Below, piece after piece: positions 13,535 to 28,110 of a stretch of 64,000 nucleotides of DNA. The notes under the pieces are model-generated. The model made no database searches. It was not told the DNA's origin and saw only the letters and a program-made list of their open reading frames with translations. The stretch's first letter is position 1; each line of letters starts with the position of its first letter. The translations under genes were made by a program, and so were the position numbers. Source of the DNA: Neocallimastix sp. 'constans' (taxonomy: Eukaryota); NCBI GenBank assembly GCA_050613775.1, contig JBODTK010000137.1, positions 372,001-436,000 of the forward strand, in the 5' to 3' direction.

Positions 13535-16103
13535 TAATTAAACAAGTCATAATTAAAAAAAAAATAAATTAAAAATTATGATTTTTTAAATAATAAAAAT
13601 AAAAATAAAATAATAAAATAAAAAATTTTAAATAAAAAAAAATAAAAATAATTTGATGCATCATATTAACAAAAATATATATATATATTAATCATATATC
13701 TACATTAATAATAAAATCATTGAAGTTTATTTTCTAATTATTTATCAAAAACTTAATATAACTAATTTTCTTAACATTTAAATTTGTACCTTAATATATA
13801 AATATAAAAAAGTTACATATATAAATATGTATCTTTTTTATTATTTATTATATTATTTTTATTATTAAATTATCCCTTTCCCCCTTTTGATCCATTTGAT
13901 ATATTTTAGATAATAATATATGACAAAATTAATAAATTAATAATAAATAATAATAATAATAGTAATAATAATAATTTGAATATTTGATTTTTACATATAA
14001 TTTAACAATCTTTATATTGTTGAATCTTAAACCTATAATACTAATTCTAAAAAAAAAAAAAAAAAAAAAGATCTAAGATTAAAATAAACAAAAATATAGT
14101 ATTAATAATAATAATAACTAAGACTTTATTTTTAATTTATTTATATACAACATTCATTTTATTAAAAATTATTTATATCTTGATTCTTAATAGATTTTAG
14201 GGAGACAATAAATGTATTTAAAGTTTAATAATAAAAGTCTTCAATTTAAATATAAAAAAAATTAATTTTAATATTAATGAAAAAGTATTATTAAATAAAT
14301 ATTTAAATATTAAACAGTACTACACTAAGATTTTATTTCTTTATTATAAACATTAAATTTTTTTTAATATTGATATAAACTATTATTTCTATATAACTAT
14401 AAAATTATTAAACAAAAAAAAATGTTTATTTAAATATAATTATTAAAAAATTTTTCTCATTATATAATGATAGGAAAATCTGAATTATTTTATAGATGTA
14501 TTAATATTATTTATAATTGGATATAATCATATCAATAGTTCTCTGTATACATAGAACTACTAAAATAATTATAAATTTAAAAATTTCTTCATTACATTAA
14601 ATAATGATAAAAAACATGATATTCAATATTGAAGGAAGTCAGTTTATAATAATTCTATTTATTTAATGTATTAAGATTTAAATTAAAGTTTAAAGATCTT
14701 ATCTTCATTTAATATAAATTAGAAATCTGTAATGTAACAAGCCTCAATTAAAATTTAATTCTCTTTATTATAAAAATTAAACTAATAAAGAATTTTTGAT
14801 ATAAATTGAAATTTAATATAAAAATTTGAATTAAATCAATTAAATTAAAAATTCATATATTCTAAAAAAAATATATATATATATATATGATTTTTAATGC
14901 TTTTAATTAAAAAGATTAATTACTAAGCATTTCATTTAATTTGTTTTTTTTTTTATTATTATTATTAATTTATTTCCTTTATTTTATATCATCTTTTATT
15001 TTACACTATTTTACACAGAAAAAAAAAACACATCATTTATTTCAAATTTTCAAAGGTATATTTTTTTTTCTTCATAAAAACAACTAATTTGAGGAATAAA
15101 CTGTTTTACATATTAAAACTATAAACAAAAATAATATTAAAATCAAAATTTTATTTTTTTATTGCTTATTATTTTTCTTATTAGAATATCATATCATAAA
15201 TAATCAATTTAGTTAATTATAATTCTCTATAGAATTTTCATTAAAAAATAAAAATAAAAATCATAGATATCTAATGCTTTTCTTATTAAAGTTTATATTG
15301 ATAAACTACTTTTTTATTCTTTTTTATAAATTATAATTTAGATAAAAAAAAAATAAGGATTATTATTTACATAATCTATTAAATCATTTTAAAATTATTT
15401 TTTCGTCTCCCAATTAAATATGATATAATATTAAATATAGATATATTAAAATATAAAATATAAGAATTGTTTATATTAGAAAAATACTAAATACTAAATC
15501 TAAAATAATAATAATTCAAAATACAAATAATAAATATAATAATAATCATTTTTTGATTAATTTTTTAAAATTCACAAAAAAAAAAAAAAAAATTGTGTTA
15601 ACTTTAAAGTTACACATTTTTTTTTTTAATATTCAAATAATTTTTTTTTTTTTAATAAAAAAAAATTTAATTATTAATATTAATCATAATTAATTTACTT
15701 TATTTTTAATAATTACAAATGATAATCTCTAGATAAATAAGATTAATAAGGACAAATTTTGATATAATATTCAAGATAATATATATGGCTTGAAATTAAA
15801 TCACGTGTATAATATTATTTCTATTATTTCTTTTTTTAAATATTATTAAAAAACCAACTATTAAAAATTTAATGCATATGAGTAATTATGCATTAAAAAT
15901 AGAGAATGTTAAACGTAAATTAATTATGATAATATCAAATATTATTCAAATATTTATTCATTCATTTTAAGAAACTTTCATATGTAATATTATTATAATT
16001 ATGCCTTATATATTACAATTTAATTAATATCAAAAGAATTTAATATGTTATATTATGTTAAATATGTTCCAATATTTATAGATAAATTTTAAAATATACA
16101 TAA

Positions 16104-16402
16104 AAAATTAAAATATATTATACAATATATAAATAATAACAAATAATTTTATATTTTATGACCATTCAATCAATGCATTAACATATAACAATAATATATC
16201 TACACTAACTATACTAACTATACAAAAATAATGTTATAAATATAAAATAAAATAACTAAATAAAAAATAAAAAATTAACATTTTATAGTTAGTATAGTTA
16301 GTATAGTTAGTATATTATTATATATTAATGCATTGATTGAATGGTCATAAAATATAAAATTATTTGTTATTATTTATATATTGTATAATATATTTTAATT
16401 TT
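16104..16402. repeat. Long inverted repeat (foldback), 78-bp perfect outer arms
   Basis: 16104-16181 is the exact reverse complement of 16325-16402; inner arms 16204-16222 and 16284-16302 also pair. Confidence 0.9.
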
Positions 16403-16722
16403 ATATATTGTATGTTTTATTTAGTTATTTTATTTTATACATTTTTTTGTTAATAAAATGATAATTAATTGGTTATGTTTTATGTTGTTTTTTTTTTTTT
16501 ATAAAATAATAGTTACAAAGCTATTATATTATTTACTATATTAATGTTTTTTTTTTTTTTTCATAACTGTAAAATCAATCTATATTATTCTTAAAAAAAA
16601 TATTCTATAATATTTATTAAAATATATTGTATGAAAGAGTTTTAAGTTATAAATATTATTATTTTGGTGATTATTTTAAAAAAATAAAAAAATAAAGTGA
16701 TATATTAATTTAATATCTTTTC

Positions 16723-16759
<37 letters not shown>

Positions 16760-17526
16760 AATGTAATTACGTAACCTAAAAATAGTAATAATTTTGAAAA
16801 AATTAAAAATGTAAAATGTAAAATAATTGTACGATGTTAAAAAAAAATGAAAATGATGAATTTAGTTAAAAATAATTATAAAAAAAATATATAAATTTTT
16901 TAAAAGAAAAAGGTTAAAATTTTTAAAATATTAAAGAAATAATCAAAAAAAAAAAAAAATAACAGTTAAATATGTATTGATTTATAAATAAAATCAAAAC
17001 TTTGTTTTTAAATTTTTTGCATTATAATTTTTTATAGTTTTCTATAGCATTTTAAAAATTAGAAAATTAATATATATATATAATAATTTTGAAATTTAAC
17101 AATAAAAAACAATAATTCAAATTTAATTATAAAAATTTGTGGGTTAGGCTAATGTTAATAATTTATTTAAATAAATTATTAAAATTTCTTACAAAAAAAA
17201 ATAATATTTTTTAATTCTTTTTTAATAGAATATATTATTATTTCTTTTGAAATAATTATTTAATAATATTTAATTGTAAAAAATTGTTATTATTTCTTTT
17301 AAGATAATAATGTATATTTAAACTCTTATTTATATAAAAATATTAAAATTTTTAAACAACTATTTAGTTAAAAAGAACAATTCACTGATTTTTTTTATTA
17401 AGAATTAATTATATATTTTACTTTTTAATGTTTTAAAAAATAAAATATTTATTTATTTAATTAATTTTATTATTTCTATTTATTTTGTTCTATTTCTATT
17501 TTTTTCTGAACAATACTTATATATAT

Positions 17527-17564
<38 letters not shown>

Positions 17565-18934
17565 ACCTTTATAAATTATTAAAATAAAAAAATAAAAAAA
17601 AAAAGAAACTAAATAAATAGTTTAAAAAATATTTATTCAGTTATTTATTATTTATTTATTTTTATTTAATAACTTACTCTAATTAATAAGTATATAAAAA
17701 TATGCATATTATTAGTTTTATAAATAAATTTCTTTTTTTATTATTGTATACTTAAATTTATTTATTTATTTATTTATTTTTATTTTTTTATTTTTTTTTT
17801 AAATTACCTAATCAAATACGTTTATTGTAATTTTTATTTATTATTTTTGTTAGAAAATTAGTATTTTTAGTTTATAAATTTAATTAACATTTTAATTAAT
17901 ATTTTTATTTTATTACAACTTTTATTATAATTTTAAATATTAAATAGTTTATTATAAATAATTAGAATATATTATATTAATATATAGTTTATATAGTTTA
18001 TGAATATAGTTTTAAAAATATTTATATAGTTAATATTAAAACATGTATTTAATGTATTAAAATATGTATGATCCATCAAATGTATTTTGTATGTATAAAT
18101 AACATTAAATTATGTATTCTTAAAAAATAAGCCTTTTGCTTCAAATAAATAAAGTTAATAAATAAACAAATATTGAGATTTTTTAACAATTTTATTATAT
18201 ATTTAAATATGTTTATTACTTTTTTTTTATTTAATTATTTATTTATATATTTATTTATGATTATATAGAATATCTTAAAAATGTATGACTTTATTTTAAA
18301 TTTTATAAGCCACATCACGAAATGTATGATTGTGAAATGCACTACATTCATATAAATAAATTTGCTAATAAGAAATATTAATCTATAACAAAATGTGCAT
18401 ATTAAAAAATGACTTAATCTTTAAAAATATAAAAACGAATTGTAATGCTTTACAAATTTCTTAATTTCAAATATGAATTTTAAAAAAAAAAAAATAAACA
18501 AATAAATAAATAAATAAATATATATATATATATAAATAAATACATAAATTATTAGATGTGAATTATAAATTAATAATTAATTAATATTATACTACTTTAT
18601 AATATATCACTATTAATTTTAGTTTTTTTTTATCTTTAAATGTTACTTATATAAAAGATGCTAGTATTGATATATTAAATATTCTATAGAAAATTATTTA
18701 AAAGATGTTTGTGTTGATATTAAATGTTTTACAGAAAATTAAGAAGGTTAAATAAAGTTAAAATAAAAAAAAATTTAATATTTAAAATAGTTCCTCATGT
18801 TTATTTAGTGTTAAAAAAAACATAAAATTAATATTTAAATATTACCTATATTATAAAAATAAATTTTTTTAATAAATTTTTTGTGTTATTTATATTGTGT
18901 CATATAAAAAATAATTTTGAATGGCTTGTAATAG

Positions 18935-19184
18935 GTAATACAAAAACTACATTCAGAAAAAATTTTTTATTATAAATTTATATATATAATATTTTTTTTA
19001 TAAATTAAAAGATTAATATCAATTAATCATAAAATAGAAAAGTGTAATAATAATAATAATAATAGTAATAATAATAGTAATACAAAAACTACATTCAGAA
19101 AAAATTTTTTATTATAAATTTATATATATAATATTTTTTTATAAATTAAAAGATTAATATCAATTAATCATAAAATAGAAAAGT

Positions 19185-19200
<16 letters not shown>
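18935..19200. repeat. Tandem duplication, ~142-bp unit
   Basis: taatacaaaaactacattcagaaaa...aaaatagaaaagtgtaataat occurs twice, starting near 18935 and near 19077. Confidence 0.9.
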
Positions 19201-19232
<32 letters not shown>

Positions 19233-19409
19233 GCAATAATAATAATATTATTATTCCTTATATAAAAAAAGATAAAAGAAATTTCACTCTATAATATGAA
19301 ATAATTTTAAAATATAATAATTAAATAAATAAATAAATGGAATATTAAAAATAATAATATCTCTTTAAATATAATATTTATGTAATTAATTTAAAGTTCA
19401 AATAACGCT

Positions 19410-20103
19410 AATAAATATGAAAATTATTTGGAAATTAATGAAAATAATGATTTTGAAATAAAACATGTTAAATATGATGGTTGTTTAACTATTGGTATAT
19501 GATTATTATAGAAATGTATTTTAAACAAATTATGATGAAAAAAAAAAAAAAAGACAAATTAATAGAAATAGTTTATTATTATATTATATTAATTATTGAT
19601 ACCTCATAATCATGGATTATTATATTTATTATTTTTTTTATTGTTGAAAATCGATTATATTTTTAAAATTATATTTTACATTTCAAATGCTAATTTATAC
19701 AAATATATGCTATAAATAGGTTGAATTTGGATACCTTAAAACTGCTATCAATATATATCAATCATATATTTTCAATATATTTTATATATAAAAATCAATC
19801 AATAAATAATAAATTTAAAATTTTAAATATAATTTTTTCTTTATTACCATTTTTACCAATATTATCATTTAAAAAAGATATATTGTCCGGAGTTTTGTTA
19901 CATTTATAGTTATTTTAGTATCATGGTTAGCTGATATTAAATTAGAATATTATCCTTCCAATTAGTATTTAAAATAGTAGATTTTGCTTCCTTAAAGTAG
20001 AAGATTAAAGTATATATATATATATATATATACATTTATTTATGTCTTTTATTGCTGTAAATAGCAATTAAATTAAAAATTTAAAAATTTTAATCAAAAA
20101 TTA

Positions 20104-20141
<38 letters not shown>

Positions 20142-20744
20142 ATTTACTTATATATATCAAGGGTTTATTTACATTTATTTCGTCATATTTAGTTGTATAT
20201 GTTGGACCATATTCGGCTATGTCATGTATTGCGGAAATTAAAGCAATTTTCGGTGGATTTATTATTAAACAATTTCTTGAGGTGAAAACTCTTATTGTAA
20301 AATGTATATCATACTAAGTAATTCATATATTCATGTATATTTTAACAAAAATAGATCTTAGAAAATTTATAATGATTAAAATATATTTAAATTTTTATAT
20401 AAATATAAATATATTTTTATAGCAATTAGCTCTTAGTTTTGATTTAATTAATAGTAAAGAAGGTTCAAGAAAAATGAAGGTATTTTATAAAATAAATAAA
20501 TAAAAAATGTCTTTTATTACTTATATATATATATATATATATATTTTATTATATGTATATTAAATTTTCTTTTCTACATTTATTTATTATTATTAATATT
20601 ATTATTTTTAATATGATAAAAATTTAATCAAGATTAAATTATTGCTTAAAAAAGAGAAATTTACTCAACTGTTTATACTGCAGATATAATTAGCATCTGG
20701 TGCAATCAATTGATGATGTTTTATTTTCACTAGAAGTATTTATC

Positions 20745-20787
<43 letters not shown>

Positions 20788-21665
20788 GATATATTAAATT
20801 ATGAAAATATATATATATATATTTTTTATAGTCTATGAATCCGTTCAAAAGAAAAACAGTATTATTTCAAGCTACTTATGATAGAGATTGGGACATTTTT
20901 TAAGTTTTATCATTATTAATTCATCCATCCATCTATCTATATATATATTAAATAAGGAATTATTTATATATATAAATTTTAATATATAGGCATACCAAAA
21001 ATGTATGTATCCTTCGTCATAATTACAATGGTTGATAAAGCATTATTTACAATATTAACTTATGGTGTTTCTGTAAGTTTCTTATTATCATCCAATCATC
21101 CAATATATGTAAATATAAATTTAAAAGAATCTTTCATTTAACTAAATTATAATTATAAACCTATTTATTTATAAAAAAAAAAAAAAATTTCTTGACATCA
21201 ATTAAATTTTATATTTTTATTATATATTTATATTATAGGTTCCTGGTGGTGTATTTATTCCTTCAATGACAGTTGCTACTTGTTTTGGAAGAGTATTTGG
21301 TATTATTAAGCAATATTTCCAACAGTAAGTTTCATATATAGCTTATTTTTAATGTTTATTTATAATACTTGTTTAAGCTTTTTATATATATATATTTATA
21401 TATATTAATTTAATGATTCATAATATCTTTAGATTATTAATTCTATCTATCTCTCTATCTATATAATATAATTATTTTTTATTTTTTATTTTTATTTACT
21501 TATTTTTTATTATTTAAAAAATTATAAATAATTTGGATACATTTTTTATTAGTAATATTCCATAGTTATTAAACTTAATAGATATTTATACTGATCTATT
21601 TTCTGAATTAGGATCTAGGTGTATTTTAGTTGTAAAACATGATAAATTAAGAGGTATTATCACCA
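19410..21665 (+). pseudogene. Decayed CLC-family (Gef1/ClC-3-like) chloride channel/antiporter
   Basis: Colinear exon remnants: SWLADIK (~19920), GPYSAMSCIAEIKAIFGGFIIKQFL (~20204-20278), SKEGS (~20453), DVLFSLE (~20715), MNPFKRKTVLFQATYDRDW (~20834), LFTILTYGVS (~21043), VPGGVFIPSMTVATCFGRVFG (~21239), and CBS-like LFSELGSRCILVVKHDKLRGIITK (~21596-21665). In-frame stops, frameshifts and missing segments. Confidence 0.8.
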
Positions 21666-22592
21666 AAAAAAAAAAAAAAAAAAAAAAAAAAGAAAAAAAG
21701 AAATCTAAAATAGTGTAGAAGCATTAGATTCATTAGATTCAAAATATTTTGATTCTATCATCGGTATTCATAGGAAAAATCAAGAAATGATTAATGATAA
21801 AAATTTTTCAATTAAAAATGCTTTTTTAAATATATATTTAAAATCTTTAAAAATTAATCCCTATGACCATTTTTTCAGGTTTTTTTCATAAAAGGGTTTT
21901 AAGGAATATAGTGGTTAGGGTTAGACGTAAATATGTCCCCCTTATATATATTATTAGAAAAAATATTGAACTAATTGAGAGGGTAGGGTACATGATTTCA
22001 TGTGTCCATGAAGATATATTTTACTAAATTTCAATCTTTCTGACATTTATGCAATTGCCAGGGAGCTAGTATGAAACTTTATGAGTTAGGTTATACTGGT
22101 CTCACTTCAAAGAAGGGAAATTACGAACTGGAGAAGTAGTACTAGTAAAATTCTCAGTAATAATATGCATGTCAGAACGCCAATGCTGAAACATTCAGTA
22201 AAGTCGTCCAGTAAGAACAATTCTGCCTTCATAAAAAGGAAGTGTGTGACTACCTCAATATTTCCCACTGCTCCTGAGGGGGGGGGCTGAAATCAAGGGC
22301 GGTACACACCGGAAATAATAATAAATAATATATTAATCATTGAATTTTTTTAAATTTTTTTTTTTTTTTTTCAAATATTAAAATTAAAATACATTTAATT
22401 AACTGAATAAAAAACTCTTAGCTTTTATTAATATATATAATAAATTAAAATGGATAAGAAAAAAAAATTTTTTTTGGTTAATTTATTATATATATTAATG
22501 AAAACATGGAAATCATAATCATAATAGTAATAATTATTAAAACAACAATAATAATAGTTAATAATAATGATAATAATAATAATAATAATAAC

Positions 22593-22648
<56 letters not shown>

Positions 22649-23240
22649 GAATAATAATAATTCATTAGTTATAATGAAAATTAAAAAATAGTAAATATAT
22701 ATATATTGATATAAGTAAATTATTATTATTATAATTTATGTTATCGCTTGGTATATTAATATTTATTATCCTTCTTTATTTCTATTATAAATTATCGTTT
22801 TTGACTTAATTTAAAAATATTGATATTTACATTATTTTTTATTTTTGTTATTTTTAGAAAAATAAATAGATAAATAGATAAATATATAAATAAATAATAA
22901 ATAAATAAATAATAAATAAATAAATAAATAAATAAAAACAATTCATTAATATTTGTTCGATTTAATGATATATTTCAAGAAATAGATTTCAATAATAATT
23001 TAATATTATTTTATTAATTAATTATTAACATTATATATATATTAATTATTATTATTATGTTTTAATTAAATAACTATTTAAATTATTATTATTTATTAAA
23101 TTTACTTAATAATAGAATATTACATAATAAAACTATATACGAAAGTTTTTAAAATATATAGATAAGGTATATATATAATTTTTTTATGTTGATTTTTTAT
23201 TCTATTATTATTATTTCTAATTTTGGTGGTTATATATTAA

Positions 23241-23308
23241 TTAGGTTTTTTGTTTCTTAGCTGAAACTTTTTGATATAAATCTATAAAAATTAAAAAATA
23301 AAATAGAA

Positions 23309-23344
<36 letters not shown>

Positions 23345-23875
23345 TAAAGTTATGAATATATATATATATTCATTAATATTAAATATTTAATATCAAAATT
23401 TAAAAATACCCTCTAAGACACAATGAAATGCCCTATCAATATTTACTGCACCTAATGCTGAAATTTCTTCAAATAAAACTTTTTCATCATCTTAATATAT
23501 ACAAATAATTAATATATTATATTATAATTATTATAATTGTTGTAATTATTGTAATTACTATTATTACTATTATTAATTATTATAATTATTACAATTACTA
23601 TCATTATTTTTATCATTATTATTATATAATATTTAATAGAGTTACCTGCAAATTTTTTTGCTTTTTCATAGCTAACTTCTCTCTCATTTTCTTGATCTAT
23701 TTTATTTCCTATTAACATAATTGACATAGTATCTTCTTTACTACGTAAACGTTCATATTTACTTTTAATATCTTGAATCCAGAATCGAGAATTATCAAAA
23801 CTATCTTCATTTGTGATATCATAAACTACTAAAATACAAATTGAACCCTTCAAATAAAATAATGGTATATGTCTT

Positions 23876-23923
<48 letters not shown>

Positions 23924-24071
23924 TAATATTCACCGTAATACTAATATTTTAAAGGAAACATTATATAAGTTAGAAAAAAAATAAATCATAATCAAAATTA
24001 AAATCAAAATAAATAAATTAATAATAGTCATAATAATAATGATATTTTAAAGGAAACGTTATATATATTAG

Positions 24072-24117
<46 letters not shown>

Positions 24118-25180
24118 ATAAAAAAAAAATAAAAAATAAAAAATAAAAGAATAAATAAAAATAAAATAAAAAAATAAAAAAATAAAAAATTTTTTTAAGT
24201 TTGTTTTCTAATCAATTATTTCATCCATTATACCTTGAATATCTTGAGGTATCCCAAATATGAGTATTAATGGATGCTTTATTATTATTTAATTGAACCA
24301 CTTTCGTTCCAAAGTCAATACCATATTTTGATTTTGATTTTATTGAAAATTCATTATAGGCAAAACGAGATAAAATACATGTTTTTCCAGTATTTTTATC
24401 ACCCATAAGTAATACTAATATAAACATTAAAAAAAAAAAAAAGATTTATCAATGAATTTTAAAATTTTTATGAAATTGATATATTATAATAATATTTGTA
24501 TAATTTATTCTAATTTAATATTATAAATAATTAATATTAATATTAATATATATATATATATTATGCTTTATTACATTTTATATTTATACTATTATATAAT
24601 ATTATTTAATAAATAGAAAAAAAAATTACTATATCTATATATTATATATTTTAAAAAAAAATTACTATATCTATTTAATATATATTTAAAAAAAAAAAAA
24701 AATACCTTTAAATAAATTATTATTAATATTATTTTCAATTCTAGTTTCAATAAAATCATATTTAGTGTGCTTTAATTCCTGTTTTACTTGATATTTTGAA
24801 TTCATTTTTTTACTTCTAATAGTATTGGGTATCATCTTTAATTGAATATTATCTGTATCTTTATCGTTAAAACTATTTTTTTGTTTAAAGGATTTAACAT
24901 AATTATTTGGTTTCATAATAAGTACGTTATTTTTATTTCCTTGCATATCTATTTCTTCAGGAAGCATTGGATCATTCTGCCATATTCCATCTACTACAAA
25001 TTTATAAACAATTTTTTGGTTAATTGGAAGCAGTATTCTGGATATGAATATATTTGTTAATGGATCTTTATCCATTTGAATTTTTTTCTCCCAATTATCA
25101 AAATTTCCTGTAATTATAACATTTTCAGGTTGACCTTTATAGTTTATTACCAAATATAAATAATTTTATTATATATATAT

Positions 25181-25235
<55 letters not shown>

Positions 25236-25387
25236 ATTTAATAATTTAATAACTTAAGCATTAATATACATTAATGTATCATTCATTAAAAAAAATATAT
25301 ATATAAAATTTAAAATTAATAATTCTTTTATGATTATATACCATACACCCAAGTAAAGGTATGAACTTCTTTTGTAATTGGTAACAT
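23241..25387 (-). CDS. CBM48 (AMPK-beta-type glycogen-binding) domain fused to an atypical Rab11-like small GTPase domain, ~334 aa, 6 exons
   Basis: Exons 25387-25342, 25134-24706, 24414-24234, 23872-23646, 23490-23410 and 23281-23241 (46+429+181+227+81+41 = 1005 nt) are all GT-AG and phase-compatible. CBM48 motifs FTW..VIITGNFDNW, YKFVVDGIW and GNKNNVL; Rab motifs LFKVLLMGDKNTGKT, GIDFGTK, IWDT, LVVYDIT, IGNKID and EISAL. Confidence 0.85.
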
Positions 25388-25452
25388 TGTAATAAAATGA
25401 CTCAATTATTGAACTAAATTAATTTATTTTATAAAAAATATTATCTAATGCT

Positions 25453-25509
<57 letters not shown>

Positions 25510-25919
25510 TTTATTTAAAAGAGAAAAAAGAAAAAAACACTTTTATCTATACAAATTCAAATATTATATATATGATTTAAAAATTAAAAATGAATAAATA
25601 TATATATTTCTATTATTGTCTTTTTATGCTTTGTCTAAATTAAAATTTAATTTTTCAATTTATGTGAAATTACTTTTATAATATATATAATTTATTTTAA
25701 TTATAATCTAATTAAAATTGTTACACCTTTATTAATATTCATATTATGGTGTAATATAAATATCAATTTTGTTTCATTAACATATCCTTAAAAAATTAGT
25801 TTTTTTTAACAGAATAATAAAACTTTTAATAATTATTTACACTTTTAATTATACACATTAATAAATTAAATAAATTATTAAAATTATTTATATAGTGAAA
25901 GATTATTTTCTAATATCAT

Positions 25920-25957
<38 letters not shown>

Positions 25958-26020
25958 ATTTTTTAAAATGAAATTTTTAATTTAAATATTTTAAACTTTA
26001 ATTTTCATTTCATTAATTTC

Positions 26021-26067
<47 letters not shown>

Positions 26068-27156
26068 TTAATATTTAATATATTAAAATTTTATTTTTTT
26101 AAATAGAATTTATAATTATTAGATGCATTATTACATAATAATATTACGCTTTTAACATCAAATTAGTATTAATTTAATTTTGTTTAAAAAAAAATATATA
26201 TATTATATTTTTCTCATTCTTATAAATATCAAATAAATAAGAAAAAAAAATAAAAGTTTCTTTTAATAATATAAAATATTTTTTCATTGCTGAATTTTTT
26301 TTCTAACAAGGTTTTTTTTATATTTTTTATTTTCAGTTTTTTTTTTTTTTTTGAATTTTTTTATTATAATATATTTTATAATATAAATCAAAAAGTATCA
26401 CATATGTCAGTATATTATTTTTATATATTTGATTAATTTTAACAAAGATATATACATTCATGATTCTTATTAAAAAAAAATAAAAATATAAAAATAAAAT
26501 AAAATAAAATATAATATATATATATATTTTTATTAATTTAATTTTAAAATCATCTACATCATAAACATAAAAAACAAAATTAAAAATTAAAATAAATTAA
26601 TAGAAAGGTTTTGTTATTTCGGTTTAAAACAATATGAAAGAAAACTTGTCATTGAAATATAATAAATAATTAATTATTTGATATTTTTTATATTATATTA
26701 ATTATTAAAAATATTTTATACTAAAGGTAAAACTCTACATATATTCAATACTTTATTAAATATATATTGACTTTTTCTTCTATTATATATAATATATTTT
26801 TTTTTAATCATTTTTAGTGTTATAAAAATATATTTTAATAAATATTTTCTTTTACACTTTATATCTTTGATAACAATTTTTTTTTTTTTTTTTTTTTTTG
26901 TTTTTGTAGTATTATTACTTCTATTTACAATGATAATTTTTTAAATTAAGAATTGATAATAATAATTCTTTATACTTATAATAATTAATGATAATTAAAT
27001 ATTTTGCAATCCACTTTTTCTTTTGCTTTATTAAATTCCAATGAAATTTTATTTTCATTGAAATGATTTAATTATAATAATAAAAACCATATGTATATAT
27101 AATTCTAACTTTCTAAAGAAAAATTTAAATAAAAATATCATCGTATCATTTATTTA

Positions 27157-27191
<35 letters not shown>

Positions 27192-27699
27192 TATTATTAT
27201 TTTATTTCATTTTATTTTATTTTATTAAAAAAGCTTAATAAATTTAAATATTACAATTATAATAAATTATAAAATATATATTTAACAAAAAAATATATCT
27301 TTTAGTATTTGTATAATATAGTAAATATCTAATAAATTAATAATTGGAAAAATAAAAAAATGTAATAATAATAAAACAATAAGCTAAAAATACTTATGAA
27401 AAATATATATATATATAACAAAATAAAAATAAAAAATAATATTTGTAAATTTTTATTATTTATATAATTTTTTTTTATTCTTTACTTTTTTTATTTTTAA
27501 TGTTCAATTTTAAAAAAAATATAAAGATTAACAAATAATTAATTAAAAATGATAAAGGATGTAAAAATCAAAATTATTACCAAATAAAAATTAATTTTTA
27601 ATTTATAGATTATAAAAGAAATTTTATATTAAGAAAAAAATTGAAATTTAATTTTTATTAATTTTCCCGGATTTATTATTGATTTATTATTATTTAAAA

Positions 27700-28110
27700 A
27701 TAATAAATAATAAATATTACACAAGTAATAATAAATAATAAATTATAAATAAATAATAAATTATAAGTAAATAATAAATAATTGAATAATAAATAATAAT
27801 AAATAATAAATAATAAATAATAAATAATAAATAATAAATAATTAATAATAAATAATAAATAATAAATAATAAATAATAAATAATAATAAATAATAAATAA
27901 TAAATAATAAATAATAAATAATAAATAATAAATAATAAATAATAAATAATTGAATAATAAATAATAAATAATAAATAATAAATAATAAATAATAAATAAT
28001 AAATAATAAATAATAAATAATAAATAATAAATAATAAATAATAAATAATAAATAATAAATAATAAATAATAAATAATAAATAATAAATAATAAATAATAA
28101 ATAATTAAAT
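27700..28110. repeat. (AATAAAT)n simple repeat
   Basis: Tandem heptamer read directly; the same unit recurs at ~30700-30890 with an AATACTA variant. Confidence 0.9.

Noticed and set aside
12789..15412. TGGGAGAC / GTCTCCCA inverted 8-mers as transposon ends
   Set aside because: Too short, no TSD or internal coding remnant, and a third GGGAGAC lies between them.
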